Part shown: piece by piece, positions 51,201 to 63,634 of the stretch
How the letters are laid out: every line of letters begins with the position of its first letter
Numbering within the stretch: the stretch's first letter is position 1
Source of the DNA: Lytechinus pictus
Taxonomy: Eukaryota
Reading direction: 5' to 3'
DNA: 64,000 nt
Assembly (NCBI RefSeq): GCF_037042905.1
Contig: NC_087252.1
Location: forward strand, 20,834,001 to 20,898,000
Made by a program: the position numbers and the translations under genes
Notes under the pieces: model-generated
Told to the model about the DNA's origin: nothing
What the model saw: the letters and a program-made list of their open reading frames with translations, nothing else
Databases searched by the model: none

Positions 51201-54200
51201 ACGAGCGTAGCCGTGCTCCCTCTCCTGGTGGAAAGATATTGATGAAATTTGAATGATATAGTCCATATTCAAATACTTCCTACTGCAAATGTGAAGGTAT
51301 TAATCTGAAGGATCATGAGGAATCTATCTATATGGGCTTCCAGCAGGGGTGTGAGTGGTCACAAATAAAAAGATCTGAAAAAAGCTGAAGAGTGTTGAAA
51401 AAGTCTGAAATAGAAAGAGCTCCCATACTTTTTGTACAGAGGAAGGCCAAAAATAAGCTGAAATTAAGCTGAAAATCAAAACAAAAAAATCTGAAATCAG
51501 ATAAAAATCTGAACTCTCACACCCCTGGCTTCCAGATCATCATAACAATCATCATCGTTATCAATCAGTCTGGCCTACATACAATGAATATACATTCTCC
51601 ACACCCTGGGGTATATTTATGCCAGCAGCTTTGTAAGGCAAACACAATCTTGGGCAAAAACAATAACTATTAACAATAACTATTAATAACCACTTTGCTA
51701 TCACATCCTCATACGTAGGAAGTCATTCATTGTCATCTCTGTTGGATGTTTCACAAAGATTCGAGTCGGACCAAAATAAAATTTAAAATGCCAAATTGCA
51801 TAATTATGGTAACTAACACAACACCACTGATCAATGGGACTCGCTTTCCAGCATACTAATGGCATTTCGCGTTACAAATAGACTTCATGCGTTGTCGTCA
51901 TTGTGCCGCCATCTTAACGGCTGAAGTCATTGTCTACATGTACAGCTGGCGCATCTCGGACAACCTTTTTTAATAAAGTGTATTCCTATATGCTCTGAGA
52001 GAGGACGCTATGGCCCGTATTCTGAAGTCAGGTTTAACTTAGACCACGGTCTAACTCTGTGCTAAAATTATGGGAGCCAAAATTTCACAAATTCTGTTTA
52101 TATTGTATATGTCCTACGTTTACTACTTTGTTTCCTTTTGGTTTCATAATGAAGAAAAATACTTTAACATTCCCAGTTAACATTCCTAGACAATTATGAA
52201 CAATTTGAGTGTCAAATTAGTTAATAAAGTGGATTTGTACTGTTAGGGATTTGTGCCCCAATTGGCTATCCATAGTTAAACCACAACTTAAAACCAGTAT
52301 TTAATTTAAACCCAAGCTCAGATTACGGGGCTATGAGATTATGTCGTTATATGAATAAGGTCTATCAGGTGCACGATGGGACTTTATGGTCATAATTTAA
52401 TTCTCTGTGAAAAACTCCCCTGTTCCATACCTTTGTTTCCTTTGTTAAGAGCTATTTTAAGAACGACTGGTGAACATTTCTTACGTGCTGAATCATCACC
52501 AATGAACATCTTAGTGTATACCATTTACCACGACAAAGGATCACCAGTCGTTCTTTAAATCGATCTTAACTTATGAACAGCTTTATGAAAAGGCCCCCTG
52601 CACAGTAGCATACATGCATGGTTGATTATTGTTGTTGCCAACATGTACAATGTCTACACATTCTCCACTCCCTGGGCAAGATACTCACAATGCCTTGTAA
52701 GTACAAAAAACTGTAACCACACTGCTATGACAGGCAATGCCTTCATACCTCCTTATCCTAATAACTGTAGCGTATGGATGATTACTGTTATTGCCAACAT
52801 ACAAAGTCTACACATTCTCAACACCCTGGGCAAGATAATCACAATGCTGGTAAGTACAATTACTGTAACCACACTGCTATGACAGGCAATGCCTTCATAC
52901 CTTCTTATCCTTAACAGTAGCATATGGATGATTACTGTTATTACCAACATACAATGTCTACACATTCTCCATACCCTTCGCATGATAATCACAATGCTGG
53001 TAAGTACAATGACTGCAACCACACTGCTATAACAGGCAATGCCCTCATACCTTCTTATCCATAACTGTAGCGTATGGATTATTACAGTAACTGTTATTGC
53101 CAACATACAATGTCTACACATTCTCAACACCCTGGGCAAGATAATCACAATGCTGGTAAGTACAATGACTGCAACCACACTGCTATGACAGGCAATGCCC
53201 TCATACCTTCTTATCCTTAACTGTAGCGTATGGATGATTACTGTTATTGCCAACATACAATGTCTACACATTCTCAACACCCTGGGCAAGGTAATCACAA
53301 TGCTGGTAAGTACAATGACTGTAACCCACTGCTATGACAGGCAATGCCCTCATACCTTCTTATCCTTAACTGTAGCATATGGATGATTACTGTTATTGCC
53401 AACATACAATGTCTACACATTCTCAACACCCTGGGCAAGATAATCACAATGCTGGTAAGTACAATGACTGTATAACCACACTGCTATGACAGGCAATGCC
53501 TTCATACCTTCTTATCCTAAACTGTAGCGTATGGATGATTATGGTTATTGCCAACATTCAATGTCTACACATTCTCAACACCCTTGGCAAGGTAATCACA
53601 ATGCCTGGTAAGTACAATGACTGTAACCACACTGCTATGACAGGCAATGCCTTCATACCTTCTTATCCTTAACTGTAGCGTATGGATGATTACGGTTATT
53701 GCCAAGATACAATGTCTATACATTCTCTACACCCTAGGCAAGGCAATCACAATGCCTGGTAAGTAAACCACACTGCTATGACAGGCAATGCCTTCATACC
53801 TTCTTATCCTTAACTGTACCGTATGGATGATTACTATTATTGCCAAGATACAATGTCTACACATTCTCCACACCCTTCGCATGATAATCACAATGCTGGT
53901 AAGTACAATGACTGTAACCATACTGCTATGACAGGCAATGTCCTTGTATAGATAGGAAGCCAACCATCTCTGCTCTATACCTTCTTATCCTGTAAAGTAG
54001 CATACATGTATGGGTGATAATTGTTATTGCCAATAACAACGTCTACACATTCTCCACACTGTGGGTAAGTGAAATTACTGTAACCACACTGCTATGACAG
54101 GCAATGCCCTCATACCTTCTTATCCTGTACAGTAGCATACGGATGATTATTACTGTTCGCCTGGACATCTTTCACCTTGGCATAGGATCCGTCGTAGTCC

Positions 54201-57200
54201 GACTCGTCAGCTCCGCCCTCAGCTCCCCCAGAAGGAGCAGCGGCTGTCTCCATGCTAGTGGAGTTCCTACTCGTTTCTGGAGAAAATAAGTAAACATTTG
54301 TTCAAAAATCTTTGACGAGTACCAGCATATGTTATATCAAAGTTCTATTACCAATTTGCAAAGATTTTAATCCTTTCAGAGATTTCATAGAAACAGCTTT
54401 GAAGTCAGTAAAAATGTGTAAAACTTATCATATCGGTTCGTAGAACAGAAAACACACTGGAATACTATAAACTTCATTTTCTTGTTACAATACAACAAAA
54501 CAGATTTTTTTATTGTATAATTACATGTATGTTCATACCACCATATCGATTTAACAAAATAATTCCTAACCATTTAACTGAAACAGCTATAAATTGTGCT
54601 TCTTCTCTTTTAGTTTAACAGGAAAACAGCTGTATTATGACTGCAGTATTATAGGCATTGCATTAACTTCATATCTTTCCTTAACACACTCATGTGATAA
54701 AGATGACCTAAATAGTGAAACTGAATTATTCTTGGCATACAGTGTATATTAAAGATAACAAGATGAATATTGATGCCCTATATAAAATGAAATTCCTGTT
54801 TTGGGTAGTCGACACAGCCTATAGTGCTTTGCTTTAATAATGAATTTTTAATGTATAGTGTACATGTCGTGTGTATTGTATAGACTTTATAGGCTATATT
54901 ACAATGGCAAGTTTTCTTTGATCGTTATTTTTATTTATCATAATTACCCCTATTTGTATGATCTGTTCAGAAAAAAACATTAAAAGCATATAAGGGCAAT
55001 TCCATAGGTTGGTGGACATGAGCTCAATGTGTCTTTGTACATATAGCCCATCTGAACCGTAACGTGAGTAACCACTTTATCTGCACCCCTTGTAAAAACC
55101 ATGTGTTCTTTATTTTTTTTATTATATACAAATTTGTCTCCCTAATATACTTCTTTGAAATGGATATAATCAACTTTCATAATAGCCTTGCATGAGGACA
55201 CTTTTTACTTATGTCCACTTTTCATTTTATGCAGGTCCAAATCATGTAACATGAGTAACCGACACATTTCAAAGATTTGCCAGGAGCATAATGAAATTTC
55301 CCAAGTTTTGTTTTTATACAAAGGATAGTCAGACTGCGTACTTTGTTGTGATAAAGAGATGTTTAGTTCAGGACTATCAATAATAATGGAGTTACAGCTC
55401 CAAGTATGAGTCAAGGTGTCTCCAAATGTAACGTGAGTAACCGTGGAATAGCCCATAAGCATTTTCCTATTTTGACAACCGTTTGACCGTATGGGGTAAA
55501 AAAAAAAAAAATCCCTAAAAAATGCTGGAATTTCACATTTCACATCCTTACTTCCATGAAATATTGTAGTCCCACATGTACATGAAAGATTTCATATACA
55601 GTAGATAAATTGAGTGTGACATCAACTAAAAATGATCTTTCAGGGTCAAGAAAGAAGGAAATATACTTCATTTCTTGAAAGTTTCCAACTAAATCAAACA
55701 ATTTCAAGGAAATGTGGAAAATAAATGGGCTTTTCCTGGAAGAAAATACATGAAATGTGAAATTTTAGCAAATTTGGGGGATGATTTTTTGTTTACCCCT
55801 GCAGGTTTAACCCTAACTGCCTGTTTATAAGTAGCGTTTTAGTATTAAGGTCTTACATAATAAACATAATGACTCGGGCCTAATCAAGATACACAGTATT
55901 CATTTCGCAACTTCATATTCCTCAACACTATTCAAGTATCCGTGTGAATATTCTATTGGATTTGTATAATTGAGTTGTAAATTTGAATACAAAACAAAAC
56001 TACATGTACATGTATGTAACCTCAACTAAACTGAAACTAAATTACTGGTATAAGTTCAGCTGGACTGAACAAAATGAAACTGCTCCACTAAAAATCAAAC
56101 TACTGTACACTCCTTAAAGGGGTACTCTGGGTTAAAAATATGTATTCAGTATCTAAGTAAATAGAGTAAAATTCACTGAGAAAAATGCTGAAAATTTCAT
56201 CAAAATCAGATAACAAAGTTAATAAATTTTAAAGTTTAACAATATTTTGTGAATATAGTTACATGCACGTCATCATGAATATTCATTAGTTGGGCTGATG
56301 ATGTCACATCTCCACTTTCCTTTTTCTTATTGTTATTACATGAAATCATAATTGTTTTATTTTTTCATACATGTGTGAATAATGTGTCTCCTTTATAATG
56401 AAATAAATTGCAGTAATGAATATAATGCACTAAATCAGTTGTCAATCCAATTTTTTAAGTTCTTGGCAGAAAAAATTTGAATAAACCTAATTTTATATAA
56501 TACAAAACAAAAGAACAAGTGGGGATATGACATCATCAAGTTGCTCATTGAATATTCATGAAGACATGCCGAGAACTGTTTCACCAGAATAACGCAAATC
56601 TTTAAAATGCCATGACTTTGTTATTTCTAGTCCGATTTTGATCGAATTTTCAGTATTTTGTTTGTCTGATTTTTCGTTATCTGTTTAAATCATATTATTC
56701 TCAGCCCGGAGCATTCCTTTAAAATCTATCAACATTTTGGATGATATCAATGTGTACTGTTAATTTCGAGACACGTCGCAGTCACTGGGATGTTGCTTTA
56801 ATTCACCAGTCGTTTTTGAAAGTGTACTGCAACTCCCTTGCTGTTGAGTACTTTACGTGAAACCCCAAATGACATTACTTTTTTCAATTCAACCATGTTG
56901 ACTCAATCCTCTTTTCATAAAAAAATAAAACGAAACTTTAAACATATACTGATATAGGTAATAATTGGGTGCTCAAATGGTAATCTGAGCATCTTACCCT
57001 TGACACTGGCATAATCACCCCCATCTTCTTCCAATGCTCCGATACCCCCTACCGCCCCTCCTCCTCCAACCGCACTCTCCTTCCTTGTAACACTCGCCCC
57101 ACCCATCGTATCCTCAACACTGTTATATGCAGGATCATCATCCGTCGTCGAGGGCAACTTGCGACTCGCTCCAGCCCCGCCCGCTTCCTTCTTCTTATCA

Positions 57201-58610
57201 TCCTTGATGGTATCGTACGTTCCGTTGTAATCGTTTTCCTCGTTCTCCGGTATACCGGGCACCTTTGAATGCATAGGAGGTAGTTCTGGGAGACGTCGGT
57301 CGATGGTGGAAGAACGCTTGATGTTGCTCGGGGAGGGGGAATCGACGATGGGAGAGGGGGCGGCGGCGGCACCCCCGTTGGGAGAGGGAGGGGAGGGCGT
57401 GAGACTCAATGATTGGGTGAGGGTCGTGTTGGGGTCACCGTTGGGGGCGCTAGACTTGACCTCCTCGTCACCCTTTGGAGACTAAGAGGAGAAATAGAAG
57501 AACAAAATATTGCTCTTTTAAATACGGTACATTAAACACATACATCAATAGTAGAGCATTGATTTGGAAACACATTGTGTATCTTTTTATCAATCCACTA
57601 TTACCAGACTCTAATACTAACAGTCTCTTATAACCACTCCCAATATAAGCGTGCATTTAATTTATTGAACCGTCATCAATTATGTAGATCAGTTTTAAAT
57701 ATGTTTTTATGTAATATAATTCCTTGTCTAATTCTTACCTCCTTCATTTACACCTATACCTGTACAAAGTCCAATAACGAAAAGATTTTACGACTTTTAG
57801 CATTTTATTAAACTCCCTTCCGATTGGCTCCGAAGCTATATTTTTCCCACAAAAATACTTTCCATCAGTGCTGCATGCTTTGGGTATTAAAAATAGAACC
57901 CCGTGGGAAAATTTACTTAACTCCATCTGGGAAATGAAATGCTATTTTCAACCTCAAAGTGGGCAATTGAGACCACTTCAATATCAATCATTACATGTAT
58001 AATAATTAGTTTTGTTACTGCACAGAATGATTATATGTGTACTGCAGTTTATTATTAAAGCACTCATTTTCTTGAATTGAGTTTTGATTTTCTATAGTTG
58101 TGTAAATGCTGCATGTGCATGTCCCGGGGGGGGGGGCACTCACATATATTGGTGGTACGGGGACGTGCCGGTTTGATGACCCCCTTTTTCAGACCTAATA
58201 TTCAGTTCTCTAGATACTACGAATGACAAAGGTTCATACATGTATAACTAGTAGCCGCTTCATGCATGGCGCAAGCACAGCACTAGCATGCAACGTACCT
58301 ACATGTACAGTGCCGCGATCCCGTTCCGTAGACCCTGTTTTTCACACACCGTGGTGTATATTTAGTTCCCAAGACCCTGTATTCTACGCTTGTAGTCAGT
58401 TCCTTAGACCCCCATTTCAGAGTTTTGTGAGTAACACCATGGTCACACCTCCATCAAAAAATAATTTCAGTGCCCCCCCCCCCCCCCATGCATGTATCAA
58501 CAACCAATGACTCATCAGCCATACTCACCACAATCTCAGCACCATTTTCCTTCTGTGTATCTCTTGTTTTGGATTTGGATTTGGTTTTGGCTTTGGCTGG
58601 TGGTTTTTCA
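45218..58610 (-). CDS. Tyrosine-motif-rich, disordered signalling adaptor, PAG1/Cbp-like (5'-partial; any transmembrane exon would lie upstream)
   Basis: Exons: 58610-58529, 57481-56998, 54276-54116, 51224-51055, 50569-50392, 49361-49140, 46700-46631, 46149-45218. All are GT-AG and phase-consistent, giving ~765 aa. It has more than 15 YxxV/I motifs (YDTI, YNSV, YASV, YAKV x3, YATV, YARV, YTQV, YEQV, YEEI, YAVV, YADV, YQSI, YEAV), a YVN motif, SH3 ligands (RRLPELPP, PPVPHK, PPPLPR) and a C-terminal ETRI PDZ motif. The gene structure is confident; the identity is inference. Confidence 0.82.
47999..48181. mobile_element. Short Harbinger-type MITE
   Basis: TIRs gtgggtgtttcataaagctgttcgtaagt / acttacgaacagctttatgaaacacccac with a CTG TSD. 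Confidence 0.85.
48522..49108. mobile_element. Kolobok-like MITE, family B copy 2
   Basis: TTAA TSD and long TIRs; homologous to 26734-27320. Confidence 0.85.
51344..51527. mobile_element. hAT-type MITE
   Basis: TIRs caggggtgtgag / ctcacacccctg and a perfect 8-bp TSD gcttccag (51336-51343, 51528-51535). Confidence 0.88.
52601..54155 (-). repeat. ~150-bp tandem repeat array (~10 units) built from the adaptor gene's exon 3' end, splice donor and adjacent intron
   Basis: The plus-strand anchor atacct.cttatcc (donor plus exon end) starts near 52744, 52896, 53046, 53202, 53351, 53503, 53654, 53795, 53976 and 54111. The last is the real exon boundary. Confidence 0.92.
56118..56718. mobile_element. 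Kolobok-like MITE, family D
   Basis: TTAA TSD, TIRs aggggtactctgggtt / agcccggagcattcct, and the internal tgacatca/tgatgtca motifs shared with family A. Confidence 0.75.
58123..58488. mobile_element. MITE with poly-G/poly-C termini
   Basis: Starts cccggggggggggggcact and ends agtgccccccccccccc; same architecture as 61272-61740. Confidence 0.6.
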
Positions 58611-58779
58611 CTGCAGGAAAAAACAAAAACAAACAATAACCAGAGCTTAATAGACATCCAGTGCAAAAGATAGAACAGGAAGGATGAGTTGGTTAAACAT
58701 TATGCTCATATCTACATGTACATCAAAGCTAGACGTGAGTAAATTGCAACATGGAATAATTTCATGAGAAAGAATTTAA

Positions 58780-59771
58780 AGATAAATGCCAGTTGTGGTA
58801 ACGATCTCAAAATAAGTTCAAACAGAATCAAATAAAATTAACATCCAAGTGTTTGTATATGAATAAAAAATATGTGCTAAAGTGGATCTGGAAGAAAATG
58901 TGAAATTGCTGAGAAATCAGCAAAATAAGCACGGAATATTCCATCAAATGTCGGATATTTTTCCGAGCAATAATAATACATTGTCCCACATATGCTTTTC
59001 TGTGTTAGTGATCATCAGAATTATCGGTTTTGAGTGAAGATTTCATGATTTCCCAAAGATAAGTTTACTTTAAAGGTCAAGTCCACCCCAGGAAAATACT
59101 GACTTGATTAAATAGAGAAGAATCAAACTAGCATAGTGCTGAAAATTTCATCAAAATCGGATGTAAAATAAGAAAGTTATGACATTTTAAAGTTTCGCTT
59201 ATTTTTCACATCACAGTGATATGCACAACTAGATGAGTCAGTCGATGATGTCCATCACTCACTATTTCTTTTGTTTTTTATTGTTTAAATTATACAATAT
59301 TTCATTTTTTATAGATTGGACAATAAGGACCAACTTGACTGAATCGTAAGGTATTAAACAATGCTAATTCCGCATGTTCAGGGAGGAATTAATCGTTGTA
59401 TCACTTGACAATGAGGAGAAAATTAGAATATTTCATATTTCATATAATAAAATACAAAAGAAATAGTGAGTGGATGATGTCATCAGTCTCCTCGTTTGCA
59501 TATCCACCAGGATGTGCATATAACTGTTTTGTGAAATTAAGCGAAACTTTAAGATGTCATAACTTTCTTATTTTACATCCGATTTTGATGAAATTTTCAG
59601 TGTTATGCTTGTTGGATTTTTCTCTTTTTATTCAAATCATCTTTTTGTTGGGGTGGACTTGTCCTTTAAATTAATGAACCAGATCTATATGTAATGATAT
59701 TTGGACAATTAATCATGATTTTTAGATTTTCTCATGAAATAATTGTTTGCTGCAACTACTCTCTTTTACCT
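58780..59771. mobile_element. Kolobok-like MITE, family C copy 2, interrupted by family A
   Basis: TTAA TSD; collinear with 39252-39655 once 59074-59669 is removed. Confidence 0.78.
59074..59665. mobile_element. Kolobok-like MITE, family A copy 3 (nested)
   Basis: TTAA TSD at 59070-59073 and 59666-59669; TIRs identical to copy 1. Confidence 0.87.
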
Positions 59772-60065
59772 TTAAAATCAAGGTTAAGGGTTAATTGTTA
59801 TAAAAATTCACGCATGAACTATAAAAAAGTTTATAAAAAGATCAAATCTACACTGAAAAGCCTCGCTGCACACCGAGGATCGTCATAACTATGACTGTAT
59901 TATTATTATTATTTCACCTGGCAAAAATGCCATGATTTTAAAATATTTTGCTCATTTCTCAGCACTTGAGCATTTCTTACCAATCATTTCATGTACATGT
60001 ATGTGTTGCCTCATAAAATTATTAAAATGGGCAGAATTTGCATACATGTACATGTACTGTATGCA

Positions 60066-60248
60066 TAGTCTGCAAGCACAGACTCATTTGACACTTTAAC
60101 CAATACCAGGTCTAGAGTTAAAGACTAGATGCCAAAGGCTCTGTCTGTGCCACAGTACATAGTGAATCTAGTCTCACTTCTTCAGAGTCAGACTCTGCAT
60201 TAAACACAGGGCGAATTGCGAAAACCAAAGATCTGTGCCTGCAGACTA
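60066..60248. mobile_element. Short MITE with a 9-bp TSD (MULE- or AcademH-like)
   Basis: TIRs tagtctgca.gcacaga / tctgtgcctgcagacta and TSD ctgtatgca (60057-60065, 60249-60257). A related adjacent element lies at 60286-60453. Confidence 0.75.
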
Positions 60249-60639
60249 CTGTATGCATATATTAGTGCATGGCTACATGTACATGTAGTCTGCTGTGCAA
60301 ACCCTTCACTCGACTTAAGGGTCTGAATGTGCAGCCTACTGATGCCTTGTGTACTGAAGGCCCTCTCGCTCAGCAAGTTTTGTATGTGCTAGTCTTTGCG
60401 TGGAGACACACTTCCTGATCAAAGTTTCAATCAGGGTCTGCGCCTGCAGACTAGGATACATGCTTGTACTACCGCACTGATAGTGTCCCCCACAAAAAAT
60501 AAAAATTTAAAAATTACATTTTTTTCTGATCACCCTTCATCAAGTGTGCAAGTGTAGGATACAATACAATGTCAATGCCTTTAGGTGTAGAGTATTCTAT
60601 TTTTTCTCATCAGACAGGTAATTAGTCAAATCCTTTGAT

Positions 60640-60860
60640 AACCAATTACGGGGTAGGAATTACACCCCATGACTGACGCTCTCACCTGTTGAACCAGGTA
60701 GTGGCCTAATTCAATGACTAATCACCTATTGGATATCATAGAATCTCTAGCCATCAGCTGATCCCATCACGCAGGGGGGCGGATCAGCACCCCCTACGTC
60801 CCACCATGGGATGTGGATTACGGGTTGCTAGGCAACCGTTCCTATGATGCAGCGGCCTCG
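60640..60860. promoter_or_regulatory. Candidate cis-regulatory module with an RFX X-box
   Basis: GTTGCTAGGCAAC at 60824-60836, a GC box ggggcgg at ~60776, E-boxes cacctg and cagctg, and CCAAT on both strands, all within a GC-richer non-repetitive island. Confidence 0.45.
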
Positions 60861-61271
60861 CCCGATGAGTTGGGCTGTTGTCATGAATGCGTGGAGATAT
60901 TGGAGTCATGTACATGTATTGAGGTTGGGGGAGGGGGTTGGGGGTTTAAAGGTGACAAAGAATTGTTCACACATTGTACATGTACTGTATGGACTTGATT
61001 TGATGGTAAAAAATTCTCTTTGATGACAACAATTCTGTGAAAGTACAGCCAAGTATGTCTTGAAATAACATGAGATTTATAAAGTAACACATTTTTATTT
61101 TGTTTTACACACAGGTCTCGAGAGGTTAAAGCATTGGACTCTTTTTGTGAGTTTGTGAGTTCAAATCCCTCCAACATCCCAACTTAATACAGGCCTGAGA
61201 GTATTTTTTTCTTAATTGATAATCCATACTGTATTTTGTTTGAAATAGAATCTAAAATGGAAATACACTCT

Positions 61272-61740
61272 CCCGGGGGGGGGGGGGGGGGGGTTGGGCA
61301 GTCAAATATGTTGCTGTACACATGCATGACACAAAAAACGTGTTTAAAGGGGTGTTTTTTCAGTTTTGGCCGCGGGCCGCGCGTGCACTTGTTAAGGGTA
61401 TCAAAAACACTGATTTTCAAAGAAAAGGGTGGTTTTGAAAGACTGGTCAATGGTCATTTGCAGGGTCAAATGTATTTAGGGTATGTTTATTTTTCCAAAG
61501 CTTTTATTTTCAAGACTAGCCAAACGTGTTTAGGGTATGTTTTTTTGCCCAAGCTTTTCCCTGGGGTCATATTCTGGCAACCACTTGTTTAGGGGCCAAA
61601 TGTGTAAATAAAGCCCACGAAAAACTTGTTTAGGGGGTTATTTTGCACACAGAGAAAAACTTGTTTAGGGGTGTTTGGAAACAATTTGGTCACGCATGTG
61701 TACAGCAATACATTTGACTGCCCCCCCCCCCCCCCCCCCA
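61272..61740. mobile_element. MITE with poly-G/poly-C termini
   Basis: TIRs gggcagtcaaatatgttgctgtacacatgc / gcatgtgtacagcaatacatttgactgccc with internal tgtttagggg repeats. Confidence 0.78.
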
Positions 61741-62319
61741 CGGTCCACTCTGTACTTTTTACACCGGCCGGCCAGTCAACACCAGTTTTTGTTGTGAATG
61801 CTGTGACATTCTACCATTTTGAACCAATTATCATGATTGAGAGATCACTAAAAAGCTTTATAATCCCGATTGCATGCTGGATTTAATTTTATAGGATCAG
61901 CAAATTACCAAAAATGGATACATTTCATTACATGGCCCCTTCATGGATCAAGTAATCCAGGAGTTACTAATCTCGTGGATCATGTTAGTATCATGACTAG
62001 CATGAAACGTATTAGCAGCAGCCAGGTACTTGTTAGAAAGTCTCACAAAATGCAATTGATTTTAACTTTGTTCAAGAGGAACAAAAAGCTGGTATAAATA
62101 GCTTTCGTGGACCATTACATTGTAAAGCTCCTTGATCCTATAATAATGTACAGGCATAAGTCTTTTTTCATATTGAAAGATGAAGTCCTGATAACTGGAT
62201 GGATTTCTTTTACGAAAGTGCTGAGAGTGCAATACTTTCTCAATGGTTTCTTGCATGATGCTTTATAAAAATGGTAGTGGTAATTGGTCATGAAGGAAAA
62301 GACGAAAATGATCATGATC

Positions 62320-62866
62320 ATGATGATGTTGTTGATCATGATCAAATCATGACCTTCATGATCATGAAATAAGTGATGATCATCAACAATGATGATGATG
62401 ATGATGGGAATGATGATGATGATGATGGAGATGATGATGATGATGGAATGATGATGATGATGATGATGGAGATGATGATGATGATGATGATAATGATGGT
62501 GGGGATGATGATGATGATGATGGAGATGATGATAATGATGATGACGGTGATGATAATAATGATGATGATGATGGGGATGATGATGGTGATGATGATGATG
62601 ATAATGATGGGGATGATGATGATGATGATAGTGATAATGATGATGACGACAACGACGTCGATGACAACAACGATGGGGATGATGTTGATGATGATGATGA
62701 TGATAATGATGATAATGATGATGATGACGACAATGACGTCGATGACGACGACGATGGGGATGATGTTGATGATGATAAAGCTGATGATGTTGATGATGAT
62801 GATGTTGATGATGATGATGATGATGAAGATGATGATGATAATAATGATGATTATAATAATCATGAT
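62320..62866. repeat. Long degenerate (GAT)n microsatellite
   Basis: About 540 bp of GAT/AAT/GAC triplets, directly visible. Confidence 0.95.
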
Positions 62867-63634
62867 AGTCTGAAAATGTGGAGCAAAGACAATCATAAAC
62901 ATTACAGAAAAAGAACACTGAATAAATGACCGAGCTATAAAAAATGTGCTTGCATGCTGATTTTAATTAGAACAGCTTTCAGATGATTTGAAACGGCCCC
63001 ATTTAACTCAAAATAATCTAATACAGCATCGCAGGCATGACTTATCCCTGTGGGAGACCAGCCTATGATAATAAACTCACGTGGTGGGGGCTCCAAACTA
63101 AAGTATTATACTGGAGATAGGGAACTGGTATCGCCACAGGCTAAAAAGAATAAGTAATTTTAGATCTTTAGACTAGGAAGTGGTTGAAATCAATACCGAG
63201 GCAAATGCTGCTAAAACAGTAGGTGGTGCTACACTTTGCTTTATTTTTTGTTATAATGAAAACATGTTTGAATAAACATAGATCATTGTTCATTAATGAT
63301 ATCAAGACAATCAAGTTATTTCCTTTCCTTTCAATTCCATCCCATATAGCCATTTCACATATCATATTTTTATAAAAGGAATATGAAACCAAAAATCTAA
63401 TACTACATTATCATTGATAAATACAGGATGATCAAAATGAATACACTTTATACCCCAATCTGATTACCCAGTATGGGAAAGTTACATGTACATGTATACA
63501 GGTTCAAAGTTTCTGGATGGAGATCGCCATTTTCGTGGGTTAGTTCAAAATTGTGAAGTCAGCAATGAACTACATCTTTACTATTTACACTGTATGTTTG
63601 CCTATTATAGATTAAATTTTACAAGTATCAAATC

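Noticed and set aside
52753..53298. 181-aa repetitive ORF, and a CRISPR-like look of the array
   Set aside because: The ORF is a by-product of the 150-bp tandem repeat in a frame different from the real exon. The units are contiguous with no unique spacers, and the DNA is eukaryotic, so it is not CRISPR.
62115..62918. Poly-His, poly-Ile, poly-Met and poly-Ser ORFs (up to 267 aa)
   Set aside because: They are translations of the (GAT)n microsatellite in stop-free frames, with no splice or codon evidence.
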